Shown: positions 1 through 12,167 of the stretch, in pieces
Layout of the letters: every line of letters starts with the position of its first letter
Numbering within the stretch: position 1 is the stretch's first letter
Origin: Felis catus
Lineage: Eukaryota
Direction of reading: 5' to 3'
Assembly: GCF_018350175.1 (NCBI RefSeq)
Contig: NC_058368.1
Coordinates: 235,788,001-235,852,000 of the forward strand
DNA length: 64,000 bases
Translations under genes and position numbers: made by a program
Notes under the pieces: generated by a model
What the model was told of the DNA's origin: nothing
Seen by the model: the letters and a program-made list of their open reading frames with translations, nothing else
Database searches by the model: none

Positions 1-2085
1 TGTTAATGCCTCGAGACAGTGGTGCACATTTTTTACCTTTTGTGTTGTGGGCTGAAAAAGTCCAGCCACTGAGATGCGGTTGGAAGATGAAATTTCTCCC
101 AACTGAAACCAGGTGCGTCTACACAATCTCAATGTTTCCTCAGAGACTAATGCTTACGTGCTCGCCAACAGCAGACAATAAACTTAGCCACAGGAGGCAC
201 CAACATGAGACCTGCTCGTTAACAAACGAAGCCCCGCGTGCGCGATAGGCATGGTTTAATTGAAATAATCTGTGGTCAATGATTGCCTTTCCAAAATAAA
301 TTAATAACCACCCTCACAAGGTTATACACTGCTCTCCAGCTCTGAACAATAGACGTAGGGCAATCGTACTCATTTGGGATGAACTAATCCTTTTCTGACA
401 AGGAAGCTAAAAGAAATTATTTATAACAGATTTATAAGTCTCCGGGGGAACATACGGTATACTTCCAAATGTACTGAATCACATTTCTTCCAACCTACAA
501 ACCACCCCACAGACAGCACAATATTCCAGCAAAACCCTTCCTCAAAGGGAGCTGGGGAGAAAGAGGCGACTTTTGGAAAGCTGTTGGTAACAATAAAGGT
601 ACTGTAGCATAGACAGTATTGAGCCAGTGGAAAGATTGTCTGTTATTATTTCCCTGGAGGGACTTAATTTAACAGGGATAATTTGAAAAAGCTCTATCCA
701 CAGGAGCTGTCTGTCTGACAATGGCCAATGTTACCTCTGAAAATCTATCATCATCCTCATACGATCAGCATAATCATGTTTTTAAAGGGGGTGGAAACCT
801 GAGAATATCCAAACGAGAACAGTAAAAGTAATTGAAAGTTCAGAAAATAGCCCAAACGAACGAAGTCCGGCTGAATTAACTCAACATCAGTGAACACAGA
901 TTGAGCAGAAAAGAGGAAATGAATGAAAGATTCTGATAAAGAAGAGGCAGTGGGTGATAAAAACTAGAAAAGATGTCAGAAACCACATTTGGGGCCCCTA
1001 CTGATGGGCCAATTAGAATCCCTGGGGTTAAGGCACAGAAATCTGTTGTTGTTGTTTTTTAATCTCCAAATGAGTTCATTGATGGCCAACAGGAAGGCCA
1101 GGGAAACTCCATGTTCTCCTGTTTCAGAGAGGTGAGGCGGCTGGAAGGAAAAACAAGACGATTCTGATTTCATGCTTAATTAGAAGTTAAGGGAATTCTA
1201 CTCTTAGATACTGTAAGCTCATTTCCAAACATCTCAACGGATTCTCTTCCTATCTTCTACATGACGCGGACCAGGGCGCCATCTTGGGTATTTGGGGCGG
1301 GACACCAATCAGGAGCTGCATGATCCGTCCGGTCCTGGTCACGAGAGGTTAGCCAGGCCCGATGTTTTATTGCAATCAGGAAGACTGTGTACTTTTATTT
1401 CCCTCCGGACTTGGATATGTGCTTTTATTGTTCTCTTTCGATACTTCTCAACTCGGCAAGAAGGGCCTCCCTTCTGTGAGACGGATTTAATTTGGCAAAA
1501 GCCTGCACTGTTTTCCTTATCAAAGGGAGCACTCGGGAAGCACCTACTTTCGCATAATGGAGTCCTTGGCACCAACCTGCACATGCAGTTGCCAGGAGGG
1601 TCTCGCTGTGTTTGTTGTACTTCATGGGACTCGTGCTGAATTTTGAAATTGCGTTCTGAATCGTTATACAGTCATCCTTCTTGTCTTAATGCCTATTGGT
1701 TTCAATTGCTAACGTTTTAAAGATGCTCCACGTTGGGCTTTGTGGGTTTGGAAGGTGGAAAGCCATGGGAAACACTTGGACGCCATCCCGTTCACTCAGT
1801 TGATAATAACTGGATAAGAAACATGCACAGATTACTCCGTACTCCCAGGGAAATAAGACAACGCAAAGGAAGCAGAAGAAATTGGCTCCATTTCACAAGA
1901 TGATGGTTCTATTAAAGAGAAACACGATTAGGTCCCCTTATTCATTAGCACATTTTTACCTCTGCACTGTTCTTGCCTTCTGGCCTCTATCACCATCAGT
2001 CAGCCAGAAACCGGCTTCGGACCCATCCCTGCTGCTTGCCAACTGAAAAATCACTCCCCTTACTGGCTCTTGGCTCTCTCCATTT

Positions 2086-2160
2086 AAAATGAGAATAATA
2101 GTACCTATCTCATCAAGTAGCCGTTCGAATTGAGTGATTCAAATGTGAAACTGTTCATAA
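2086..2160 (+). repeat. MIR (ancient SINE) core fragment
   Basis: AAAATGAGAATAATAGTACCTATCTCA resembles the MIR core AAAATGGGAATAATAGTACCTACCTCA. Confidence 0.65.
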
Positions 2161-2180
2161 ACGTGAAGTTCCTAGTTTTT

Positions 2181-2398
2181 CTTTTCTTTTTTCTTTAAGT
2201 TTATTTTTTATTTTATTTTGAGAGAGAGACAGAGAGCAAGCAGAAGGGGAGAGAGAGAGGGAGACAGAATCCCAAGCAGGCTCCACACGCTGTCAGCATA
2301 GAGCCTGATGTGGGGATCGAACCCACGAACCGCAAGATCATGACCTGAACCAAAGTCAAGAGTCGGACCCTGAACCGACTGAGCCTCCCAGGCTCCCC
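2181..2398 (-). mobile_element. Carnivore tRNA-derived SINE (CanSINE/SINEC)
   Basis: Poly-T, (GA)n and reverse-complemented tRNA-like head; TSD AAGTTCCTA(G/A)TTTTT at 2166-2180 and 2400-2414. Confidence 0.95.
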
Positions 2399-4229
2399 TA
2401 AGTTCCTAATTTTTTGAAGCACAGGGTTTCTGAACTTATGGGAGGAGTGCATATGTCCTATCCTGTTTCCTGGAGAGTAGACGCCAAGGCCCGGGCAGTC
2501 AATGTTCTTCAAGTATTTAAATAATGCATCAAGTGTTGAGCCCAGAGCCCCAGCATGCCCCATTGCTTCCTACTTGTCATCTCCCTTTCCCCTTTCCTTG
2601 GTCAATATTGACCTACTGGAAAAGAGTCGACACATCATGGGAATTAGAGTGGAAAGGAGGTTGTCTGAGACGGTCGGAGAGGAATTGCTTTCACAATCAT
2701 GAGCAAATCTCCAGAGTCTCCCTCAGCGGTATGGATACAGACTTCCTACGTGCTGTGGCTCTCACAGTGTTGCTGGAATCATCTGGACATGAGGCAACCC
2801 AGGAGACAGAGAGTTAGTCCGAGGTTCACTTGTTAGCACGGGCCGTGGCTCACGTGTTTCGGGAGGGAGGGGTGTCCAGTCCCTCCCAGTGCCTTCTGCT
2901 CTGGAACCCTTTGGCTGGTTCCTCTGTGACCTACCCTGACTGCCACCTTCTCTTCCATGTGGCTTTTCTCCACTAAAGGAGGTGCCAGTTCACAACATTT
3001 TGAAATCACCCTCTTAGGTCACTAATGTGGACAAACTGCCTGCATGAGTTTCCTAAGCATTTGATTTTAGTAAATACCAGGGAAAGAGACAGGGTCAACA
3101 TTGAAACAAAAGACCCCGGGGCAGTTAAGAGACCTTTTCTAGATTTTATAGACAAAGGTGATAGCCAAAGTGTGTTTGGAATGCACATGGGGCCAGGACT
3201 CCGTCCCCTGCCTCCTTCATCAACACATTGAAAAAGAAAAGCCCCTTTGTTGAACAGTCAAACCCTTGCTTACTCTCTCTGCATTCGGTAACTATGCATT
3301 TGCCGGGTCTCTGTTGTCCCAGCTTCTGTGTGGGGTCTCCTGCCTCTATTGTGCCCTCTGTCCTCTCCTTTTGCAGCTTAAGGCACAGATGAATAGTAGC
3401 GTATTCAGATCTCAAGTAAAATCCTCTCACAATCCCACGCTGCATACAGGAGAATAACTTCGTAATATCCGTCAAATTTTATGAGTCAAGAGACTCAATG
3501 CACAACTAAACGTAAAAATGTACACAGGATATAAATCTTAGATGACAAAAATATCCTTCTCAGAGAATGTGAGCACCATCTACATAATTTTAGCTTCTGC
3601 TCAGCAGGGAAGATATAGGTCATTTGTGTGGATGTTTTCAAAATGTGCGACCATAACCTAATTTTTCTACCAATGCACCCAGGAGCTACCTGCCTCACTC
3701 AATGCCAAACCATACTCACATGGGGCTTCTAATTTTTTTTCAGTATTAATCTTCCACATGTGTATTTTACTTTAATGTGCACATTTACAGAGAGAAACAA
3801 AACAGGCAAAAACAAAAAAAAATAAAAAAGGAAAGGAAACCTTGCTATGTTCAGGATCTTCTCTAGATGCCGTCTTCGCCAGAATTTTTCAAACTTTAAA
3901 ATTCCTCTAAAGGACCTCGACATTCACGTGCAATATCAGCTCTGCAATGAACACACAGAGCTGTCATGTTTGGGTTGAAGCGAGGTGCGCAAACTCTGTT
4001 CCTACGAGCACAGATCAAACACCACTGGCCAACAAAAAGTGGGATGTGAGATGGTTAAACTCAGCCACCCCTCTGAGCTACAGGCTACAGGCAACACCCT
4101 GTGTCAGGCAACTGCCCCGCCGGGTACCATATGCATTTGGGACCCCAACAGGCAATGACCCTGCTCAACCTGGAGGCCAGAACTTTGCCCCCTGTTACCA
4201 CACAGCATGATAAACATGGGAATCCTGCC

Positions 4230-4552
4230 CTGGATAGTTCTCTGAACTTCACACATGACGCCCATATTGCCAAAACCCAAGGACACTGCATCGCTTATCT
4301 TAATGGACTTCATTACAGGGTATATTTATTGCTCTTTCTTATCAATCTTGCTTCTTTCTTTTGGGACACTCTTCTTCCCTGGAACTCCTTGGACATCACT
4401 CTTTGTTTTGCCTCATTAAAGAGTTCCCTTCCTCTGATCTCTCTTTGGATCATGTATGTTTCTACTTGGGGGAGCCCATGCCTTCTCGAGATGTCATCTC
4501 TTGTGTGTGCAGCTCCCTCCTTCCCTCCCTCTCTCTCTTTTTCTCTCTCTCT

Positions 4553-4597
<45 letters not shown>

Positions 4598-4900
4598 CTT
4601 TTGTGCCAGAGGCTCTCCCAGGAACCTCCAATGCATGCTTGGAACTGCCTGCTGGGTACAAGAACTCATCCTTCTCTTGGGTTTTCCTATGGTAAGACTC
4701 CGTTTACCACAGCACTCCTCACCTGTTCCTGCCTCTTCCCACACTCCTGATTGGTGAATTTGGGTGGCAATGATAGACAACACGGGTCCTCCCTTGGGGT
4801 TAAGGTGTCTGTAGAGTTTCTGGGTTCTCCCAGAAAACCGTGGCTCTGGATCACGCAAAGCAGAGGGACGTACTGACGAGTCCATTGATCCGTCCACTTA
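4230..4900 (+). mobile_element. Degenerate LINE-2 fragment interrupted by a (CT)n(CA)n microsatellite (~4530-4596)
   Basis: ATGACGCCCATATTGCCAAAACCCAAGG...GGGACACTCTTCTTCCCTGG...CTCTCCCAGGAACCTCCA resembles recalled L2 consensus; boundaries approximate. Confidence 0.55.
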
Positions 4901-5328
4901 AGCTTCATCTTCCCGTAGAGCGCTGGTCAATACTAAATCTCACACTTCTATCTCCAGTTAACTGGCCTTTTGTTAATCTCTCAACTGATCCCTCAAGCGG
5001 AGATGCTGTCTGTATTGTAGGACAAAGCTGCTGGTGTTTCTTCTTCTCTGTGGAGGAGTTGAGAGGCCTCCTCTCTTCTCGGTAGCTCCTCGCTGACTCT
5101 TTCCAGCCCCTGCTCCACCTCAGAAAGCAAGGCTTCTCATGCTGACCCCATTCCCAGAGACCACAGCCACCCTATCTAGTCAATAAGCAGAAAGCAACAC
5201 CCTGAAAACGTGGATTCCCATTGTCCAGTAATAAGCCGAACTCCCAATAATAAAGACCAGGAGAGTCTACCTTCTCCAAAATCTCTTCCCTCTCTCCAAT
5301 ACTCACCTATGTCAAAATTCCTTGGTCA

Positions 5329-5474
5329 ATTTCTTCTTCTTCTTCTTCTTCTTCTTCTTCTTCTTCTTCTTCTTCTTCTTCTCCTTCGCCTTCTTTGCCT
5401 TCTTCTCCTTCTTCTCCTTCTCTCTCTCTCTCTCTCTCTTAAAATAAATAAATGTTTAAAAAAAGTAAAAAAGA
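5329..5474 (+). mobile_element. Headless (5'-truncated) SINE tail with expanded (CTT)n
   Basis: (CTT)n-(CT)n-AAAATAAATAAATGTTTAAAAAA is the CanSINE 3' end; the composite is flanked by AATTCCTTGGTCA at 5316-5328 and 5711-5723. Confidence 0.75.
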
Positions 5475-5475
5475 T

Positions 5476-5697
5476 GGGGCGCCTGGGTGGCGCAGTCGGT
5501 TAAGCGTCCGACTTCAGCCAGGTCACGATCTCGCGGTCCGTGGGTTCGAGCCCCGCGTCGGGCTCTGGGCTGATGGCTCAGAGCCTGGAGCCTGTTTCTG
5601 ATTCTGTGTCTCCCTCTCTCTCTGCCCCTCCCCCGTTCGTGCTCTGTCTCTCTCTGTCCCAAAATAAATAAATGTTGAAAAAAAAATTAAAAAAAAA
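5476..5697 (+). mobile_element. Young SINEC_Fc-type SINE
   Basis: GGGGCGCCTGGGTGGCGCAGTCGGTTAAGCG head, A/B boxes, CT tract, long poly-A; TSD AAAAGTAAAAAAGA at 5461-5474 and 5698-5711. Confidence 0.97.
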
Positions 5698-6800
5698 AAA
5701 AGTAAAAAAGAATTCCTTGGTCAGTCTCCACACCGTCCCTCTCCTATACCTTCTACCTCTAACCTGTCTTGAAATTTGGCTCTTTTTTTTTTTTCTAAGT
5801 ACTTCTCTAACCTTTTGTCTTCCAGTTTCCATTACCAGTGTGCTGGTCCGTTTTAGCGGACTCCACTTCGGGTCCTGAATTGCCCACCTCTCCCCCGCTG
5901 ATCCCCCCATGGCAGCAAAGCAGGGCTCCCCGAGTGCGTATGGCACCGTGTCACCACTCCCACCAAAGGCTCTGTGGTTTCCCGTTTGTGTTTCTTGTAC
6001 TGTGTTAACGACACCTCACAGAATACAACTCAAAATAGCCAGAGTCGGCAGAAGGGCCTGCTGGCTCATTGGACTGAAATGTCCGGGGGTTGATGGCTTC
6101 CCATCCGGCCCGGTGTGCGCACACAGTAATCCCGCACTGGCCTCTGTCTCCTGCTGGACAAAAGCTCGAGACACTTGGAGGCTGCAGACAGATCCCCAGC
6201 ACCCCGCACCGTGGTGGAGAGTATTTGAGAAACACGAGTGCGTGCCGCTCTTTGGGCCTCTGCCGAGGCTGCCCCTCTTTGTGTAAAATACGACTATGGT
6301 TTTCTTTTTCTGGCCGGGGTCACCTGTGTGCCAGAACTCAGTTCTCCTCCAGGTACCCTTCCTTCGCTGGAAACTGGACACACGGCTCTCTTGTCGCTCA
6401 CCTTCTTAAACCCGACTCTCAGCGGGTCAGACCCCTTCTCTGAAACTCGTGTCTAGGAAAGCCAGCCTGCGGGAGCTTTCTGCAGGGAGAGGGCCCCTTT
6501 CATGGACTGCATGTGGCCATAAATGTGGAGCAAGTCCCAAAGCCAGCAGAGCAGGTGCTCTGGAAAGTGGTATGTTCAGTGAGGTTCTCAGCTCAGAACC
6601 AAACCGATCAGGTCCATACTGTTCAGGTTCTAGAGAGAGAAAGGTGAGGTCAAGTCAGCTCACAGTAACCATTGCTCATTAAATGGGAGCAAGGATTTTG
6701 CAAAGTCTGTTAATTAAAGGAAAAAGCCCTCTATAGGAATCAGTAAATATTTAAAGGCCACACTGAGAGGGTTTTGAGGGAATGAAAATGCAGACACCAG

Positions 6801-7012
6801 GTCTGCACCAGGGTGGCTCTGGGTTAAGCGTTCAACTTCAGCTCAGGTCTTGATCTCACGACTCTTGGGTTGGAGCCCCGCGTCAGGTTCTCTGCTGGTG
6901 GCTCAGAGCCCGGAGCCTGTTTCGGATTCTGTGTCTCCCTCTCTCTCTGCCCCTCCCCCATCATGCTCTGTGTGTCCCTCTCTCTCAAAAATAAACATTA
7001 AAAAGAAGAAAA
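6801..7012 (+). mobile_element. CanSINE (diverged)
   Basis: Degenerate head GGGTGGCTCTGGGTTAAGCG, body, CT tract, AATAAA/poly-A. Confidence 0.93.
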
Positions 7013-7039
7013 CTCAGAGATGAAAAACACTTAAAAATC

Positions 7040-7041
7040 CA

Positions 7042-7073
<32 letters not shown>

Positions 7074-7145
7074 CATATATATATATACGTATATATATAT
7101 ACACATATACACAAGTGTGTATATATATGCACAAACACATATATA

Positions 7146-7183
<38 letters not shown>

Positions 7184-7188
7184 CACAT

Positions 7189-7219
<31 letters not shown>

Positions 7220-7224
7220 GTATA
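7040..7224. repeat. Compound (TA)n/(TG)n microsatellite
   Basis: Directly visible. Confidence 0.95.
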
Positions 7225-7633
7225 GTGTGAATCAAGGAAAGGCAACAATGCAACCCTGATGTCGTGGAGAAACACAGCATGGACACAGACAGGACTGAGA
7301 TCCTGAGGATGTGGACAGCTCACTCCAGTCCACAGGACCCCAGATGTCAGAGCTCACCGTTCCTTTCCGGTAGCTGTCCCACCGTCTGTGGCCGAGGGGA
7401 CACGTGACGATCGCACACACTTAGACGTGCAGAGCGTGGTCTCAGTTGTTTTAGAGAACTGTGGCCCTTCCATATGTTGCCAAGTTAATAATAATAATAA
7501 TAATAACAAACCTGTTCATAAGTCGATAGCTAGAGACACCTGGATGGATCCTACCAGAACACAGTGGTCCGGCGTCCAGAAGGCTGACCCCAGCTTTAAC
7601 AAATGGCTGGTTCTTCTCTTTCTTCTCTTTCTC

Positions 7634-7841
7634 TTTTAATGTTCATTTCTTTATTTTGGGAGAGAGAGAGAGAGAAAGAGACAGAGAATGGACAGAGGAG
7701 GGGCAGAGAGAGAATCTCAAGCAGGCTCCGCACTGTCCATGCAGGGTCCGACGTGGGGCCCGAACTCACGAACCACGAGATCACGACCTGAGCTGAAACC
7801 AAGAGTCGAATGCTTAGCCAACCGGGCCACGTAGGCACCCC
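7634..7841 (-). mobile_element. CanSINE
   Basis: T-rich tail, (GA)n, reverse-complemented head ending ...GGCACCCC. Confidence 0.93.
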
Positions 7842-10128
7842 CTACCAGTGGCTTTTCTTTCGGATGCCTCACACGTTACGATGTCACTGAAGTCCTTTCC
7901 CTCTGATTGTCTCACACTCATTGGCTTCAAGATATAGATCATCCTGGCTGAGCTTCTGTCTTCGTTAGACTACTGAGAAAAAAAAAAAAAGAAATTCTTT
8001 TAAAACTTACTCCCTCTTCATTGTGTAGAAGCCTCCATTAATCAGGAGTCCTGGCTTTAAATCCTCTCCAATATTCTTTCTTGCGTGGGATTACAAGTAA
8101 CCTGTTCTCTCTCTTCTGTTGTTTTACTCTTTGATAAAAGAGGAGATTTGATTTTTAGCCTCCACTGGAGATCATCTGTGTACCTGCTCCCTGTATAGTC
8201 CTGTGCTCGCCATCCTTCTTCACAGGACACAACGGTCCCCAAGAACACGGCTGGCCACGCTCACAGAGTCTCAGGGCCACATCTGGGACATGACAGCAGG
8301 GGTGAGTAAGGAGGTACCCAAGTGACCCGCTGAGAAAGGTACACACGGCTAATGCAAGCACACAGCGTTCCTGTAGACACTGGAGAGAGGAAAGAGCCAG
8401 AGCCCTGAACTTTCCAAGGGAGTGAGATGCTGCAGCTGTAACATATCTGAGTAGCCCTTGACACACGGGCTTATTAAATTAAACTTACTGGCACAGAAAC
8501 ATGGGCAAATGTCATGCGCTGAATATGAATCAGGGATTCGTCTCCTGACTCACTCATGCATCAATTCCTGCCTTTTTGGAGGTGACAGTTATATTACCCC
8601 ATTGAACTCTGGCTCTTTTGTGATATTAACAGGATGCCCCTTAGCTCGCCCGCGTGAGATGTGTCTCGCTCGCTGCCCCAAGTGCCTCGTGACGTTGCTT
8701 CTCTTCGCTTGTGTGTCCATTTGTTTTAAAACATTTTCCAGATTGCGATAGCCTCACCCCATCCACAGCGGTTTCTATTTCATACGGGTTTGTGAAAGTT
8801 ACCTCTCCAGCTCTGTCGGAATCACGAGTCCCTGTGCTAACGGGTTCACGGTGCACGCTATTGAGAAGCCAATGAATAAGGCCTTTAGCGCCAAGTGTTT
8901 AAGGTCAAACGTTCAGGTAAGTTTCTACCCTGTCCGTCTCTTGGTCACAAACAGAGCCAGGCCACGGCTTCAGCTGGCCACCGGCGGAGCAGACGATGGC
9001 TCTCCCCGCTCACACTCCTGGAGCCCCCTGGAACGTCGTCCCGCCTCCCACCCTGGCTGTCTGCAGCCTGCGTTCGGCAGGGGTTCCACACGCCATTCCA
9101 GGCAGTGCCGTAAGCAGGATTCGAGAGCGGAGGAGCCTGGTGGCCGCGTCCCAAGCTGCCTCCTCACGGTCCCCCCCCCCCTGCCATGTTCACATTGTCG
9201 CCACGACCACGTGCCCCTCCGGCCGCCCTCCAGCCCTGTGTCTGCCAGGGACCACCTCTTTCTGCTTCCATTTTTACCCCAATGGGCATCTCTTCCCAAA
9301 GCTTTGCTCCAGGGAAAACTACCTTCTTTTTAGCATCACACGCGTGTCTCTCGTCTGGCGTTTCTCACCCATGCTGTCCCGCTCCTCCCTGGGACTCTCC
9401 CCTGAGGGACCGTGAGTCTGTGCAGGACTCGGCGAGGGAGGGATTCCTGCCCCGGGCTCATGGGGGCGGCCACGTGCCCTGCACCCACCACCCACAGATG
9501 ACAGCAGTTCGTGAGACACATGGACCCACATCCCAGGGGCCGAAGACACTGTGCCACACGCACCATGGCCACGTGGAGGTTGTGTGCGGGAGCAGAGGGG
9601 GTAACGGGCTGCGGGAGGCAGGCTTCATGGTGACGAGACGGCCTGGTCCCCTGGGAAGGGAGTTGTTGGCTGAGACGTCTTATCCAAGAGCGGGGACAGG
9701 AGGGTCAGGCCACGTGAGGCCCTCCTGGTTTTCGCAGCCATCAAGGTAGTTTCAGGTCTTACACCAGAGTGGGTAGCCCTCGGGCGCCCGCGAGCTGGTG
9801 GGGGTCCATGAGGCCACATTCGTCACCCCAAACGCCAGGGGAGCGTCCTGCTTCGGAAATCTGCTGAGACCCGCATCTTGTCTCGTTTGTTTCGCTCTCC
9901 CTTCTTCTCCCCCAGATGACAGCCTGGAAGTTTATGAAGATCTCATCTCTGGCACGGTGAGCGATCCAAGATTAGTGAGCCCTCCCTCTGGTGCGTGACG
10001 GGCCAAGAATTTCACAAAGAGGGACAGACATCTGGATGTCAACAGCTGCTTTCATTCTTTTCCCATACTTGTTTTCTGGAGATTCCACTTTTAAAGTAGT
10101 CACAAAAACAAAATTCCAGTTAGTTGCT

Positions 10129-10324
10129 TTTTTTAATGTTTATTTTATCTTTGAGAAAGAGAGAGCACAGGGGAGGGGCAGAGAGAGAGGGAGGGAGGGA
10201 GAGAATCCCAAGCAGGCTCCACAGTGTCAGCACAGAGCCTGACGCCGGGCTCGAACCCACGAACTGTGAGATCGTGATCTGAGCTGAGGTCGATGCTTAA
10301 CCGGCTGAGTCCCCCAGACGCCCT
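10129..10324 (-). mobile_element. CanSINE
   Basis: TTTTTTAATGTTTATT...GAGAATCCCAAGCAGGCTCC...CCCAGACGCCC. Confidence 0.93.
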
Positions 10325-10469
10325 CAGTGAGTTCTAATTAGTTGTTAAAGGCGACTTAGGGCATTTCCCCGCTGAGCTGAGTGTTGGGCAGTTATCCTGG
10401 ATCGGGGCACCGTCCGGGTGGATTCCTCTGGTGCTCAGGAAAGAAAACTATGTCATGTGGCCTTGGAGC

Positions 10470-10610
10470 CTAGCCCTGGGCCGGCCACCTTTTAGCTTTG
10501 ACACCTTGGATGAGTGTCACAGCTGGTCTCGGTTTTTCCGCCTGTAAGATGGGAGTGATGAGAACAGCACCTCCTCACTGGGTAGCGCTAAGGATACAAG
10601 GGGAGCACAC
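10470..10610 (+). repeat. MIR fragment (diverged, GC-shifted)
   Basis: CCTTGGATGAGTGTCAC...TCTCGGTTTTTCCGCCTGTAAGATGGGAGTGATGAGAACAGCACCTCCTCA resembles MIR core. Confidence 0.55.
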
Positions 10611-10669
10611 AGGGGAAGCGGTTCGTGCTGGGCCCCCCCAGCCAGCGCCCCACAGAGGCTGTCCTCCGG

Positions 10670-11121
10670 CGTATACAGCGTGCCCCACGGCGCACTGCAA
10701 AAACGCACACCGTCTGGAGCCTCAGAATGGGACCTCATTTGGAAACAGAGTCTTTGCAGATGGAATTAACGTAAAGATTGAGACGAAATCATACTGCACC
10801 AGGGTGGCCCTGGGTCCAGATAAGAGTGTCCTCGTCAGAAACAGGTTGGGGCAGAGGGACGCAGGAGTGAGAAGGCCTCGTGAAGACACGTAGGGACGGG
10901 AGCCGATCACCGCCAAGTCCGGCTGGTTCCTCTGCAGCCCCCCGGGGGGCGCGCGGCCGGTGTCTCTGCGTAGGCCCCGCAGGGCTGTGATGCGCCGGCT
11001 CGGTGCATCCTCGCGGAGCTAGACGGTCGCGGCACGGCGGGGGGATCGCGTCCGTGCCCGGTGCGGTTGCCACCCAGCCACTCGTGCGCCTGCCGCGGGT
11101 CAGCGCCGGTTGTCACGTACA
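10670..11121 (+). mobile_element. MaLR (MLT1-type) solo LTR with a strongly GC/CpG-enriched 3' half
   Basis: CCTCAGAATGGGACCTCATTTGGAAACAGAGTCTTTGCAGATGGAATTAA...AGGGTGGCCCT matches recalled MLT1 consensus; GCCACCCAG...TACA resembles the LTR terminus. Confidence 0.75.
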
Positions 11122-11527
11122 GGTGCTGCGGGCCCCCACCTCCCCGGGAGACTCAGGACAAGAGGTGGGGGGGTTCCATTCTATGTGGGTGCGTAGGAGA
11201 ATGCCGAGGCCCCCGCGGCTGCAGGGGACGCTGCTGTCCCACCTGGTGACATCTGCTGCTTGATGAGACGCCTCCACCCCCGGTTAAATAATCCCAACCT
11301 CTCCCGGTAGCAACCCAGTCCTGGTGCCTGCGAGGGTCTCCACCTAACGTTCTCCTCTTCTTCCCTCCAGTCACAGGTTGTCATTTCTGTTACACTCCAA
11401 GAAGACTTCGTCCTTCACGCATATCGAAAGCAAATAATTTCAGTGGCGACTGTACTCTGAGAAGTATCTGGAGGTCAGACATTGCTGCCAGTTCACAAAC
11501 CCAGGGACAGACAATGGCCTCATTCTT

Positions 11528-11528
11528 A

Positions 11529-11560
<32 letters not shown>

Positions 11561-11700
11561 TATATATTAATAAATACATATTTATATAATAATATATAAT
11601 ACATTATATAACTATATAATATATTAATTAATATATAAATAATATAAATAAATAAAATATAAATAAATGCATATAAATAAATATAATAAATATATAAATA
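11528..11700. repeat. AT-rich low-complexity expansion continuous with the SINE tail
   Basis: Almost pure A/T; abuts the T-rich tail of the minus-strand SINE. Confidence 0.9.
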
Positions 11701-11913
11701 TTTAATGTTTATTTACGTTTTGAGAGAAGAGAGAGAAAGAGCAAGCGAGTTGGGGGAGGGGCAGAGAGAGAGGGAGACGCAGCATCCGAAGCAGGCTTCC
11801 AGGCTCCGAGCTGTCGGCACAGAGCCTGACGCGGGGCTCGAACCCACAAACCGCGAGATGGTGACGTGAGCCCAAGTCCGGCGCTCAACCAACTGAGCCA
11901 CCCAGACGCACCC
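11701..11913 (-). mobile_element. CanSINE
   Basis: Tail, GA tract, head ending CCACCCAGACGCACCC. Confidence 0.93.
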
Positions 11914-12167
11914 GGTCGCGTTCTTTTCACTTTTTTCCAGCCTCACGTGTTTACTGATGGCTACAAGGTGGTTAAACTAGAGTGTGAACGTGACTTGGTA
12001 AATTAGGTAGACTTCATTCCCACTCTGTGATAAGAGGGACCCAGTACGAATCCCCCACATGGGTTTCCCACCCACAAAAACCACTTCACGGGCGTCAACC
12101 ATCTCTCGACATTGATCAGTTTTACGCAAGAGCGAGTGCACCATGTTTCTTTGAAAAAGACGTGTGC

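Noticed and set aside
5210..5503. Poly-leucine 'signal peptide/membrane' ORF
   Set aside because: It is a translation of the (CTT)n microsatellite and SINE tail.
5476..5560. tRNA genes
   Set aside because: The A/B-box tRNA-like sequences are SINE heads followed by CT tracts and poly-A.
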